Shown here one piece after another: positions 18,084 to 26,953 of a DNA stretch of 64,000 nucleotides. The position numbers and the translations under genes are program-made. The number at the start of each line of letters is the position of its first letter. Position 1 is the first letter of the stretch. The stretch is from NCBI GenBank assembly GCA_938041635.1, contig CALIAD010000047.1, positions 2,663 to 66,662 on the forward strand. The letters run 5' to 3'. The notes under the pieces are model-generated. The model was not told the DNA's origin, did no database searches, and saw nothing but the letters and a program-made list of their open reading frames with translations. Source of the DNA: an uncultured Atopobium sp. Its GTDB lineage: Bacteria; Actinomycetota; Coriobacteriia; Coriobacteriales; Atopobiaceae.

Positions 18084-18431
18084 ATGGCAAAAATCGATAC
18101 TTCTGAATATCAGAGCTTTGACCAGATAACCGCAAGACTTGATTCAATTGTTGATCAAGTTCGCGATAAAAACGTCTCGCTGGAGCATTCTCTTGACCTC
18201 TTTGATGAGGCTATTGCTCTAGGCTCAAAGGCTGTCAACATGGTTGACACCACAGAGTTTACGCCAGAAGAGGAAGAGCGTCTGATTCAGGCTCAGGCAG
18301 CAGGGGACGCAGCTGACGCAAGCGGCACAGCGGCTGCCACTGATGAACAAGCTTCTTCTGAGCAGGTTGAGGTTTCAGCTGCAGATGAAACGTCGTCTGA
18401 TGACGCGGTTTCAGAAAGCGATGAGCACTAG
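18084..18431 (+). CDS. xseB: Exodeoxyribonuclease VII small subunit with a long acidic tail
   Basis: The core SLEHSLDLFDEAIALGSKA is XseB-like. It is followed by a tail of about 55 aa rich in Asp, Glu, Ser and Ala. Confidence 0.75.
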   Translation: MAKIDTSEYQSFDQITARLDSIVDQVRDKNVSLEHSLDLFDEAIALGSKAVNMVDTTEFTPEEEERLIQAQAAGDAADASGTAAATDEQASSEQVEVSAADETSSDDAVSESDEH

Positions 18432-19237
18432 TGGCTCAACGCATTTCTCGCCAAAGGCTCGACAAAGAGCTAGTTAGGCAAGGATTTTTCAAGGACACTC
18501 AAGCTGCATTACGTGCAATTCTTGCGGGTGATGTTTCTACGCGCGACAGAAGATTAACTTCAGCAGGAGAGCTTGTTCCTGAGGGATTGTTTCTACACGT
18601 AAAAGGTGCTATTCCATACGTGAGCCGAGGCGGACTTAAGCTCGAGCGTGCCTTTGAAGTTTTTGATTTTACGGTTCAACATAAAAAATGTTTAGATATT
18701 GGCTGTTCAACTGGTGGTTTTACCGATTGTCTGCTTCAAAATGGAGCTGCTTCGGTTACCTCGGTTGATGTTGGCTATGCGCAGTTTGATTGGTCGCTCA
18801 GAAACGACAGCAGGGTTGAACTGCTCGAACGTACAAATATTACGTCCCTGCCAGAAATGGGCTACTCGCACGTTTTTGATGTTGCTGTGTGTGACGTATC
18901 GTTTACGTCAATCTTGTCAATTCTTCCTTCTGTTTTAGATGTTCTAGCTCCTGAAGGAGCCTTTGTTACGCTGGTCAAACCGCAGTTTGAAGCTAAGAGG
19001 GAAGAAGTGGGTGAGGGCGGTATTGTGACTGATGCCTCCGTGCGTCTGCAAACGCTGCAAAAGGTTTCCGATGCGTTTAAGGAAGCTCATATGGGTCCTT
19101 TGGGCGCGTGTGAAAGTCCTATTCACGGTGCTAAGGGTAACGTGGAATATTTACTGTTTGGACAGCTTGAGGCAGGTTCGCATGATTTGGATCTTGCTTC
19201 AGTGGTATCGAGTCATTCTGTAGAAATAGTGAAATAG
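18431..19237 (+). CDS. tlyA: TlyA-family rRNA 2'-O-methyltransferase
   Basis: It has an S4-like N-terminus (RLDKELVRQG) and the SAM motif CLDIGCSTGGFTDCLLQNGA. The GTG start overlaps the xseB stop by 1 nt. Confidence 0.9.
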   Translation: MAQRISRQRLDKELVRQGFFKDTQAALRAILAGDVSTRDRRLTSAGELVPEGLFLHVKGAIPYVSRGGLKLERAFEVFDFTVQHKKCLDIGCSTGGFTDCLLQNGAASVTSVDVGYAQFDWSLRNDSRVELLERTNITSLPEMGYSHVFDVAVCDVSFTSILSILPSVLDVLAPEGAFVTLVKPQFEAKREEVGEGGIVTDASVRLQTLQKVSDAFKEAHMGPLGACESPIHGAKGNVEYLLFGQLEAGSHDLDLASVVSSHSVEIVK

Positions 19238-19354
19238 AACGAATGTTCTATTTTGTAGTATTGTTTATAGTTTTTTAGGTATACTAAGTACATCGAATCA
19301 GACGCTTTAACTGTTTCAGTTGTGCAATCAAGCAAAATCGGGAGAGTGGTTTGC

Positions 19355-20212
19355 GTGAAGGTACTTCTTGTTCCAAATTTTTCAAGAGAAGTTGCTGTTT
19401 CTGGTGCACGTGAACTTGAAGAATGGCTTTTTGAGCAGGGATGTGATGTCCAGTGGGCACACGATAAAAAGCTGTTCCCGGATAAAGTTGTAGATTGTTC
19501 TGATTGCCAGCTTGTTATTTCTCTTGGTGGAGACGGAACGCTTCTGAGGGCCGCCAAAATTGTTGAGTATTCAGAAATTCCAATTTTGGGCATCTCTTAT
19601 GGTCACCTTGGCTTTTTAACCAGTGCAACTCCTCATCAAATGATTGAGATGGTAGCTGATGCTCTTGCTGGAGAGCTCCACGTATCTAGAAGAGCAACAC
19701 TTGCAATAGAAACAGAGTATGAGCTTCCATCTGGAGAAACTTACGTCGAGAAGACCTTCTCGCTCAATGATTTTGCAGTTTCCAGAGGTGGAGCAGGCGA
19801 TATGGTTGAGTTTACAGTTTCTGTATCAGGCAACCATATTGATAAGCTTCGCGGTGATGGTTTTGTTGTTAGTACAGCAACTGGATCCACCGGCTATGCT
19901 CTTGCTGCTGGTGGCCCTATTGTTACACCAGAGTTCTCGGGAATGGTTTGCGTGCCAATCGCACCACATACTATTTTGGCTCGTGCATTCCTTACCTCTC
20001 CTTCTGATGTGGTTGAAATTACCATGTCAAAAGATAGGCCGGCGACATGTCACTTCTTCTCTGATGGGCAAAACATTAAGCATCCAGAAGAGGGTGTGGC
20101 TACCAAAGCTCGTATTAGCCGTGGACCAGGAGATATCATTCTGCTTGATAGAAGTGCTGATAGTTTCTATCGTTCAGTTTCTCGTGTATTTTACGGTAAA
20201 ACTGGTCAGTAA
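19355..20212 (+). CDS. nadK: NAD kinase
   Basis: The GGDGT motif is present (VISLGGDGTLLRAA), along with an NE/D-type motif and a Gly-rich C-terminal motif. GTG 19355 lies 8 nt after GGGAGAG; GTG 19322 is an alternative start. Confidence 0.9.
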   Translation: MKVLLVPNFSREVAVSGARELEEWLFEQGCDVQWAHDKKLFPDKVVDCSDCQLVISLGGDGTLLRAAKIVEYSEIPILGISYGHLGFLTSATPHQMIEMVADALAGELHVSRRATLAIETEYELPSGETYVEKTFSLNDFAVSRGGAGDMVEFTVSVSGNHIDKLRGDGFVVSTATGSTGYALAAGGPIVTPEFSGMVCVPIAPHTILARAFLTSPSDVVEITMSKDRPATCHFFSDGQNIKHPEEGVATKARISRGPGDIILLDRSADSFYRSVSRVFYGKTGQ

Positions 20213-20223
20213 GCAGGTCATAT

Positions 20224-21855
20224 ATGCTTGATGAACTTCGCGTGCAAAATGTTGCACTTATTGAAGACGCTTCTCTTGCACCCGCCTCAGGTTTAACTGT
20301 TTTAACAGGAGAGACAGGTGCTGGTAAAACCGCTCTTTTATCTTCCATTAAGCTCTTAGTAGGAGAGCGTGCGGATGCTTCTGCAGTAAGAGAAGGAACA
20401 GACGCTCTTAGGGTTGAGGCACGCTTTTTTACCTCGCCAGAAGATCAAGAGGGAATTGTAGTCTCTAGAAAAGTCTCTGCTGATGGCAGAGGCAGAGTAG
20501 AGATTGATGGCCACATGGCATCAGTTAAAGAACTGGCCGGAGGTATTGGAACATCAATTGATCTGTGTGGTCAGCATGAGCATCAAAGGCTGCTTGACGT
20601 AAAGAACCATGTCAGCATGTTGGACGCATGGATTGGATCAGATATTCAATCTTGTCAGACAGAGTATGTAGACGCTCTTCATGCTTACCATGCTGCAGTC
20701 GCTGAACTTCAACGAGTTATTGAAGTAAGCCAGTCTAGCAATGCAAAGATTGATGAAGCGGCATTTCTTGTTCAAAGAATTGATGAGGTCTCTCCTAAAG
20801 AAGGGGAGTTAGAAGACCTAGAAGAGCAACTTCCTCGGTTTGAACACGCAGAGGCTCTCCTTCAAGCTGCAGGAGGAACACATGAGTTGCTCTCAGGAGA
20901 TGAGGGCGTTATTGATTCTCTCTCTGATGCAGTTCAGATGCTTCAAAGTGCTGCAACGTTTGATGCTACGCTAGGTAATTATGCAGAGTCTCTTTCAAGC
21001 GCACTTATAGAGATTGAGGATGTTTCTTCAGAGCTCAGAAGCTATGTTGGATCTCTCGATTTTGATGAAGAAGCACTTGAAGAGATGCAAAGTCGTATGG
21101 CTCGTCTTCAGGGTCTTATGAGAACGTATGGCCCTGGTATGAAAGATGTATTTAAGAAATACCAGGTAGCTCAAAACCTTCTTGAGGTTACAAGAGACAC
21201 AGAAAAGCTTGTCCGTGAGGCACAGGCAGAAGTAGATAAAGCAAAAGAAACTCTTACCGTAAAGGCTCAGGCACTTAAAAAGGTTCGTGTTGCTGCAGCT
21301 CCAAAACTTTGTGATGCTGTTACTAAGCAAATGAGTCATCTGCAGATGGGTTCAGCTCAGATTGAATTGAACTTTGAAGATCTTCCTTTTGAGCAGTGGA
21401 ATAAAGTTGGTTCTACAAAGATTGAGCTTATGTACAAGCCTTCAGCTCAGATGACTGCTCGTCCGCTTAGAAAAATTGCCTCTGGTGGTGAGGTTTCTCG
21501 CGTCATGCTTGCATGCAAAGTGGTTCTAGGAGAGTCTGACGTCTGCGATACGCTTGTATTTGATGAGGTTGACGCTGGTGTTGGTGGAGCTACTGCCGTT
21601 GCTCTTGCAGAGGTTTTAGCGCAGCTTGCTAAAACACATCAGGTGATTGTGGTAACTCACTTGCCACAGGTTGCTGTTATGGCCTCTAAACAGTATGTAG
21701 TCTCAAAGACAGAAGAACATAACGCGCTCCCTATAACTTCTCTTACAGAGGTTTCTGGTACTCAGAGAGAAGAAGAGATTGCACGCATGCTTTCAGGCTC
21801 TATAACTGAGGCTTCTTTGGCTCACGCGCATGAGTTGCTGTCAGAAGCCCGCTAG
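20224..21855 (+). CDS. recN: DNA repair protein RecN
   Basis: Walker A reads LTGETGAGKT. A long coiled-coil middle region follows. The SMC signature SGGEVSRVMLA and Walker B LVFDEVD are present. Confidence 0.95.
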   Translation: MLDELRVQNVALIEDASLAPASGLTVLTGETGAGKTALLSSIKLLVGERADASAVREGTDALRVEARFFTSPEDQEGIVVSRKVSADGRGRVEIDGHMASVKELAGGIGTSIDLCGQHEHQRLLDVKNHVSMLDAWIGSDIQSCQTEYVDALHAYHAAVAELQRVIEVSQSSNAKIDEAAFLVQRIDEVSPKEGELEDLEEQLPRFEHAEALLQAAGGTHELLSGDEGVIDSLSDAVQMLQSAATFDATLGNYAESLSSALIEIEDVSSELRSYVGSLDFDEEALEEMQSRMARLQGLMRTYGPGMKDVFKKYQVAQNLLEVTRDTEKLVREAQAEVDKAKETLTVKAQALKKVRVAAAPKLCDAVTKQMSHLQMGSAQIELNFEDLPFEQWNKVGSTKIELMYKPSAQMTARPLRKIASGGEVSRVMLACKVVLGESDVCDTLVFDEVDAGVGGATAVALAEVLAQLAKTHQVIVVTHLPQVAVMASKQYVVSKTEEHNALPITSLTEVSGTQREEEIARMLSGSITEASLAHAHELLSEAR

Positions 21856-21989
21856 ATTTTTCAGAACTATATGGACATAACAATGTATTTGTTTGGAGAT
21901 TAAATTTCTCGGCACTATGGGCCTTAAAGCGGAATAATATAAAGACCCGTAGAAATGTAATTGGCTAATCTTACCTACGGGAGTAATCC

Positions 21990-23639
21990 ATGACCAAGCA
22001 CATATTTGTAACAGGTGGCGTTGTTTCCTCTCTTGGAAAAGGAATCACTGCTGCATCTCTCGGCCGACTTCTTAAGGCTCGTGGCTATAAGGTCATGATG
22101 CAAAAAGCTGACCCATATCTCAATGTTGACCCAGGCACTATGAGTCCTTTCCAGCATGGTGAGGTTTTTGTCACTGAGGACGGTAAAGAGACTGACCTTG
22201 ACCTTGGTCATTATGAGCGCTTTATTGACGAGAATCTTACCAGGGAGTCTAACTTCACCACTGGTCTCATTTATCAGTCTTTGATTCAGCGTGAGCGCGC
22301 TGGAGACTTCCTTGGCGGTACAGTTCAGGTAATTCCTCATGTAACTGATGCAATTAAGGCTCGTTTTGCTCGCATTGAAGAGGTTACTAATGCTGATGTA
22401 GTCATCACAGAGCTTGGTGGCACTATTGGTGATATTGAGTCACAGCCTTTTGTTGAGGCAATTCGCCAGTTTAGAAAAGAGCGTGGCGCAAGCAACGTTG
22501 CTATTATTCACGTTAGCCTTGTTCCTTATATTGCTGCTGCTCATGAGGTCAAGACTAAGCCTACGCAGCACTCCGTAAAAGAGCTTCGTTCCCTTGGCAT
22601 TCAGCCAGACTTCATCGTGTGCCGTTCTAGCCATTCTGTGGATGAATCTATTCGCGAGAAAATCGCTAATTTCTGCGACGTTGATGCAGATTGCGTTTTT
22701 GAGAACAATGATCTGCCTTCAATTTACGATGTTCCAGCACACCTGGCAGCACAGGGATTTGACAAAAAGGTACTTGAGCGTCTTGGTCTTGAAGTCCGTC
22801 CAAGTGATCTTGGCAGCTGGGAAGCATTTACTACTGCTATGCATAAGGCAAATGCACTTGAAGACGCAACAAGAATTTATGTTGTCGGCAAGTATACGCA
22901 GCTGCCTGATGCTTACCTTTCTGTTATTGAGGCACTTCACCACTCTGGTATTTTCTATGGCAGGCACGTTGATATCCGCCTGGTAAATGGTGAAGAGCTG
23001 ACAGAAGAAGACGTAGAGCAGGAGCTTGCTGGTGCGGACGGCATTTTGGTTCCTGGCGGCTTTGGTCTTCGCGGCGTAGAGGGCAAGATGGTTGCTATTC
23101 GTCGTGCTCGTGAGCTCAAGATTCCTTACCTTGGTGTTTGCCTTGGCATGCAGATGGCTGTTACTGAGTTTGCTCGTGACGTCTGCGGCATGGAGGGCGC
23201 AAATTCAGCAGAGTTTGGTCCAGATACTCCATATCCTGTCATCGATCTTATGCCTGATCAGGAGGATATTACTGACAAGGGCGGTACCATGCGCCTTGGT
23301 TCTTATCCTTGTAAGGTTGTCGAGGGAACTCTTGCACACGAGGCATATGGCAACAACTTGGTTTACGAGCGTCATCGTCACCGCTATGAGGTAAGCAACG
23401 TATTCCGTAATCAGCTTGTTGAGGCTGGTCTGGTAGTTTCTGGTGTTTCTCCAGACGATCGCCTTGTAGAGATGATTGAGCTTCCAGAGTCTGTTCACCC
23501 TTGGTTTGTTGCAAGTCAGGCACACCCAGAGTTTAAGAGCCGTCCAACTCATCCTGCACCTTTGTTCCGTGAGTTTGCACGTGCAGCAATCGCTCATCAT
23601 GAGGGTGTTGACCGTCATGATGTAAACCAGTCTCTCTAA
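21990..23639 (+). CDS. pyrG: CTP synthase
   Basis: The N-terminus reads [15 protein letters not shown]. The glutamine amidotransferase motif is GVCLGMQ, with the HPE motif (AHPEF). Confidence 0.97.
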   Translation: MTKHIFVTGGVVSSLGKGITAASLGRLLKARGYKVMMQKADPYLNVDPGTMSPFQHGEVFVTEDGKETDLDLGHYERFIDENLTRESNFTTGLIYQSLIQRERAGDFLGGTVQVIPHVTDAIKARFARIEEVTNADVVITELGGTIGDIESQPFVEAIRQFRKERGASNVAIIHVSLVPYIAAAHEVKTKPTQHSVKELRSLGIQPDFIVCRSSHSVDESIREKIANFCDVDADCVFENNDLPSIYDVPAHLAAQGFDKKVLERLGLEVRPSDLGSWEAFTTAMHKANALEDATRIYVVGKYTQLPDAYLSVIEALHHSGIFYGRHVDIRLVNGEELTEEDVEQELAGADGILVPGGFGLRGVEGKMVAIRRARELKIPYLGVCLGMQMAVTEFARDVCGMEGANSAEFGPDTPYPVIDLMPDQEDITDKGGTMRLGSYPCKVVEGTLAHEAYGNNLVYERHRHRYEVSNVFRNQLVEAGLVVSGVSPDDRLVEMIELPESVHPWFVASQAHPEFKSRPTHPAPLFREFARAAIAHHEGVDRHDVNQSL

Positions 23640-23666
23640 GCAGAATTTTACTAGGGAAGAATACGT

Positions 23667-24575
23667 ATGGACCTCGCTCAGGCGCGTACAGAATTTTTAG
23701 CGTACGTTGCTGTTGAGCGAGGTCTTTCTGTAAATACGCTTGATGCCTATACCAGAGATTTAGAGGGTTATTTGCTTTGGCTGAATGGCAAAAAAATTAC
23801 TTTGCCCAACCAAGTGACTCGCTCAGATGTTGAAGAGTACATAGGCTCTCTTAGAGATTTAGGTATGGCTCCAGCTTCGGTTGAGCGCCACACTGCGGCA
23901 CTTAGAAACTTTCACAAGTTTATGGCTGTTGAGCAAATTTGTGAGTCATCTCCAGCAGAAGATTTACCTACCGCAGCAAGAATTCAAAGGCTTCCTGATG
24001 TTATTTCTCAAGAGAATGCAGAAGAGCTGCTTGATCAGCCGTTCCCTAATTCGCCTCTAGGTATTCGCGATAGAGCCATACTTGAGTTGCTGTATGGATG
24101 CGGTCTTCGTGTGTCTGAGCTTTGCGATCTTGAGGTTCGGGGTGTCCTTCTAGAAGATGAACTCTTGCGTGTTTTTGGTAAGGGTTCCAAAGAGCGCGTA
24201 GTCCCTGTGTTGGGCTCTGCGTATCGTGCGCTTAAAGCATATCTTTATGAGGCTCGCTCGCTTTTGCTTAAGCATGGTCAAGTATCCGAGGTGTTTGTAA
24301 ACGCCAGAGGTGGACGCATTTCTCGCCAGTCGGTACATAAACTGGTGGCAAATTACGGCAGGGTAGTGGGGATTGAAGGTTTGCATCCTCACACACTGCG
24401 CCACAGTTTTGCCACACACCTTCTAGAGGGTGGCGCTGATCTTCGCTCGGTGCAGGAGCTTTTGGGACACGTTGATATTTCAACCACGCAGCTCTATACG
24501 CACGTAGATAGGTCGCACATTAGAGACGTATACCTTGAGGCTCACCCAAGAGCCCACGTTCACGCGGACAAATAA
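23667..24575 (+). CDS. xerD: Site-specific tyrosine recombinase XerD
   Basis: The catalytic region reads RHSFATHLLEGGADLRSVQELLGHVDISTTQLYTHV. An N-terminal SAM-like core-binding domain is present. Confidence 0.85.
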   Translation: MDLAQARTEFLAYVAVERGLSVNTLDAYTRDLEGYLLWLNGKKITLPNQVTRSDVEEYIGSLRDLGMAPASVERHTAALRNFHKFMAVEQICESSPAEDLPTAARIQRLPDVISQENAEELLDQPFPNSPLGIRDRAILELLYGCGLRVSELCDLEVRGVLLEDELLRVFGKGSKERVVPVLGSAYRALKAYLYEARSLLLKHGQVSEVFVNARGGRISRQSVHKLVANYGRVVGIEGLHPHTLRHSFATHLLEGGADLRSVQELLGHVDISTTQLYTHVDRSHIRDVYLEAHPRAHVHADK

Positions 24576-24592
24576 TCGCGCTTGACGCAAGT

Positions 24593-24662
24593 GCTGGACA
24601 AGTGTGGGACAAGCGTGGGACAGGTGTGGGGCAAAGTGGTGACTGCGTAAAAGCAAGGTGGG
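24593..24662 (+). repeat. Phased direct-repeat array of GTGGG-type boxes
   Basis: Boxes begin at 24593 (GCTGG), 24604 (GTGGG), 24615 (GTGGG), 24626 (GTGGG), 24636 (GTGGT) and 24658 (GTGGG). The spacings are 11, 11, 11, 10 and 22 nt. The three central 11-mers are nearly identical (GTGTGGGACAA, GCGTGGGACAG, GTGTGGGGCAA). Confidence 0.8.
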
Positions 24663-24764
24663 TGTTTTGTTTGAGCAACGTGTGATTTTCGCCACGAGTT
24701 CACCACAATTTCCTCAAAAATTTTCACTTCATAAAAAAATTAATAAATTGAGTCCAAGACTAAG

Positions 24765-24796
24765 AAAATCCGTTCTTTTGTAGTTCGGATTTTTTT
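24765..24796 (+). terminator. Probable xerD terminator
   Basis: AAAATCCG (24765-24772) pairs with CGGATTTT (24786-24793) across a 13-nt loop. The T-run extends to 24796. Confidence 0.5.
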
Positions 24797-24873
24797 AAAC
24801 ACTACATATTGTGGTCAAAATGTCATATCTCATATTTTCGTTAAACCCCAGCTAGACCATAAGAAAAATACTT

Positions 24874-24908
24874 GGTGTTGGAAAGTGTTTTCTAGTGTGT
24901 GTAAGTGT
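24874..24908 (+). promoter_or_regulatory. Four (A/G)GTGT direct repeats at exact 10-nt spacing; candidate MraZ operator
   Basis: The boxes are GGTGT at 24874, AGTGT at 24884, AGTGT at 24894 and AGTGT at 24904. They lie 118-152 nt upstream of the mraZ ATG. Confidence 0.55.
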
Positions 24909-25025
24909 CGGAATGAGTTATATTTATTCCACGTTCAATCGACGGACTATGCCCAAGCATTGCCGCGCACACACAACACAAACACAGCCCGCGCGGCAAG
25001 GGGCGCCAACGTGAAAGGGGGAGAC

Positions 25026-25460
25026 ATGCTTACTGGTCAGTATCAGCGCTCGCTGGACTCCAAGATTCGCGTGACTCTTCCTGCACCTCAGCGCAAGCAG
25101 CTTGGCGATGTCGTCATCTTGCTCCGTCGACAGGACGCGCTTTACGGCTACTCACCTGAGGCGTATGAGGCTTGGATTGCAAGTCTGAACCTCAACCCAA
25201 GGAACCGCGACGACGTCACAGCACTTCGCATGTTGAACGCAGCAGCAACAACCGTCGACATTGACTCGGCCGGCCGCGTTGCTCTGGGAAAGATTGACGA
25301 GTCCGATCCACAGGCTAGGGAGAAGCTCCAGCTTGACCGCGACGTCACCATTGTCGGTAACGGCGACCACTTTGAGATTTGGAACACCAACAAGTGGAAC
25401 AGCCTCTTCTCGGCAGATGACCGCGTTGCAACGCTCGAGGACCTCATCTTTGGCGCCTAG
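25026..25460 (+). CDS. mraZ: Transcriptional regulator MraZ
   Basis: 144 aa with two SpoVT/AbrB-like halves (LDSKIRVTLPAPQRKQL and LDRDVTIVGNGDHFEIW). ATG 25026 follows AAAGGGGGA. The ORF-track start at 24885 is an unlikely extension. Confidence 0.9.
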   Translation: MLTGQYQRSLDSKIRVTLPAPQRKQLGDVVILLRRQDALYGYSPEAYEAWIASLNLNPRNRDDVTALRMLNAAATTVDIDSAGRVALGKIDESDPQAREKLQLDRDVTIVGNGDHFEIWNTNKWNSLFSADDRVATLEDLIFGA

Positions 25461-25475
25461 TGAGGCGAGAAGATC

Positions 25476-26459
25476 GTGAAGGTAGAAGACGGTAACTTGA
25501 AAGTCGAATATCGGCACCAACCAGTAATGCTTGCAGAAGTGCTGCGCGAGCTGGACCCCAAGCCAGGTGAAGTTGTTTGCGACTGCACCTTGGGAGGAGC
25601 GGGTCACACCGTAGAGATGGCAAAGCTGATTGCTCCAGACGGTCTTTCCATTGGAATTGACCAGGACGCAATGGCTCATCAAGCAGCAGCTGCTCGCCTG
25701 AAGCAAGAAGTACCAAATGCGGAGTTTTTGCCGCTTAAGGGAAACTTTGGCGACCTCGATGAACTTCTCGTCTCTGCAGAAGTCCTCGGAGTTGACTGTT
25801 TCCTCTTTGACATTGGTGTTTCTTCTCCTCAGCTTGATATCCCAGAGCGAGGCTTTTCGTACCACGAAGATGCCCCGTTGGATATGCGAATGGACCCGGG
25901 CAAACAAACTCCAACTGCACAAGAGGTCATCAACACCTACAACGAAGCCGACCTCGCCCGAATCCTTCGAATTTACGGAGACGAGAAATTTGCCTCACGC
26001 ATTGCACGACGCATTGTGCAAACGCGAGAAAAGCGTCCCATCCAAACGACGCTTGAACTTGTTGAGGTAATTAAGGCGGCAATTCCCGCAGCAGCGCGTC
26101 GTCACGGCGGACATCCCGCCAGAAAGACGTTCCAAGCACTTCGTATTGAAGTGAACCATGAGCTTGAGGTTTTGGAGCGCGGACTACGCTCTGCAATTGC
26201 CTGGGCTAATCCAGGAGGCAGGATTTGCGTTATCTCGTATCACTCGCTTGAAGATCGCATTGTCAAGCACGTGTTCTCCGAGCTCAGTCAAGGTTGTATC
26301 TGCCCGCCAGACCTTCCGGTTTGTATGTGCGGTCAAGTGCCGATAGTTGACGTGATTACGCGCAAACCTCTTGTGGCTACTCCAGAAGAGATAGAGCGCA
26401 ACCCAAGGGCGAGAAGTGCCCTAATGAGGGTAGCGGTTAAACGCGACCCAGAGAAATGA
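25476..26459 (+). CDS. rsmH: 16S rRNA (cytosine1402-N4)-methyltransferase
   Basis: HQPVMLAEVL, DCTLGGAGH and DIGVSSPQLD are present. It is the second gene of the dcw cluster. Confidence 0.95.
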   Translation: MKVEDGNLKVEYRHQPVMLAEVLRELDPKPGEVVCDCTLGGAGHTVEMAKLIAPDGLSIGIDQDAMAHQAAAARLKQEVPNAEFLPLKGNFGDLDELLVSAEVLGVDCFLFDIGVSSPQLDIPERGFSYHEDAPLDMRMDPGKQTPTAQEVINTYNEADLARILRIYGDEKFASRIARRIVQTREKRPIQTTLELVEVIKAAIPAAARRHGGHPARKTFQALRIEVNHELEVLERGLRSAIAWANPGGRICVISYHSLEDRIVKHVFSELSQGCICPPDLPVCMCGQVPIVDVITRKPLVATPEEIERNPRARSALMRVAVKRDPEK

Positions 26460-26517
26460 AGTACCCCATAGCACTTGTTGCTTGTTGTTAAGAAGTTTTT
26501 GAAGGGATTGAAGTTTA

Positions 26518-26937
26518 ATGGCACGTTACGGATCAGAAGCTGTAGCACGCACAACTCAGTTTGAGCATGAGTACGCTCCTGAACAGAGCACTCGCACATC
26601 TTTTGAGGTTGTCCCTGGTGGCGGCCTTGATGCTGATGCTCGCCGTGGCGTAAGCAGCCAGTTCATCCAGCGTGTCAAGCTTATTGCTGTTGCTGCAGCA
26701 CTATTCCTGACACTTGGTGTTGTCCGTATTGGTATCTCTACCGCTACGGTTTCTACTCTTCAGGCTAATAACGTCATCAGAAATGAAATGCGCGCAACAA
26801 CTGCAACTAACGATTCCCTGCGCGTTTCTCGCTCCCTGCTTGCAAGCACAACACGCATTGAGCGCATTGCTACTCAGAATTATGGTATGACTCTTGAGAC
26901 AAATCGTCCTGTTGTAGATGTAAGCAACAACGCTTAG
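26518..26937 (+). CDS. ftsL: FtsL-like bitopic cell-division protein
   Basis: 139 aa with a single TM helix (LIAVAAALFLTLGVVRIGI) followed by a short extracytoplasmic helical region. The call rests on its position between rsmH and the PBP gene. Sequence similarity alone is not diagnostic. Confidence 0.55.
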   Translation: MARYGSEAVARTTQFEHEYAPEQSTRTSFEVVPGGGLDADARRGVSSQFIQRVKLIAVAAALFLTLGVVRIGISTATVSTLQANNVIRNEMRATTATNDSLRVSRSLLASTTRIERIATQNYGMTLETNRPVVDVSNNA

Positions 26938-26953
26938 GCGTAAAATATACGTT

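Noticed and set aside
24885-25025. Long 5' extensions given by the ORF track. They occur here for mraZ, and similarly at 9288, 11656, 36793, 37670, 54297 and 62734.
   Set aside because: The extensions overlap upstream genes or regulatory DNA and have non-protein-like composition. Each has an internal start codon with a good RBS that yields the canonical N-terminus. I therefore used the shorter models.
25152-25922. A 256-aa minus-strand ORF across mraZ and rsmH.
   Set aside because: It is antisense to two confidently identified genes, has no recognisable domain and has a low-complexity composition. It is a shadow ORF.
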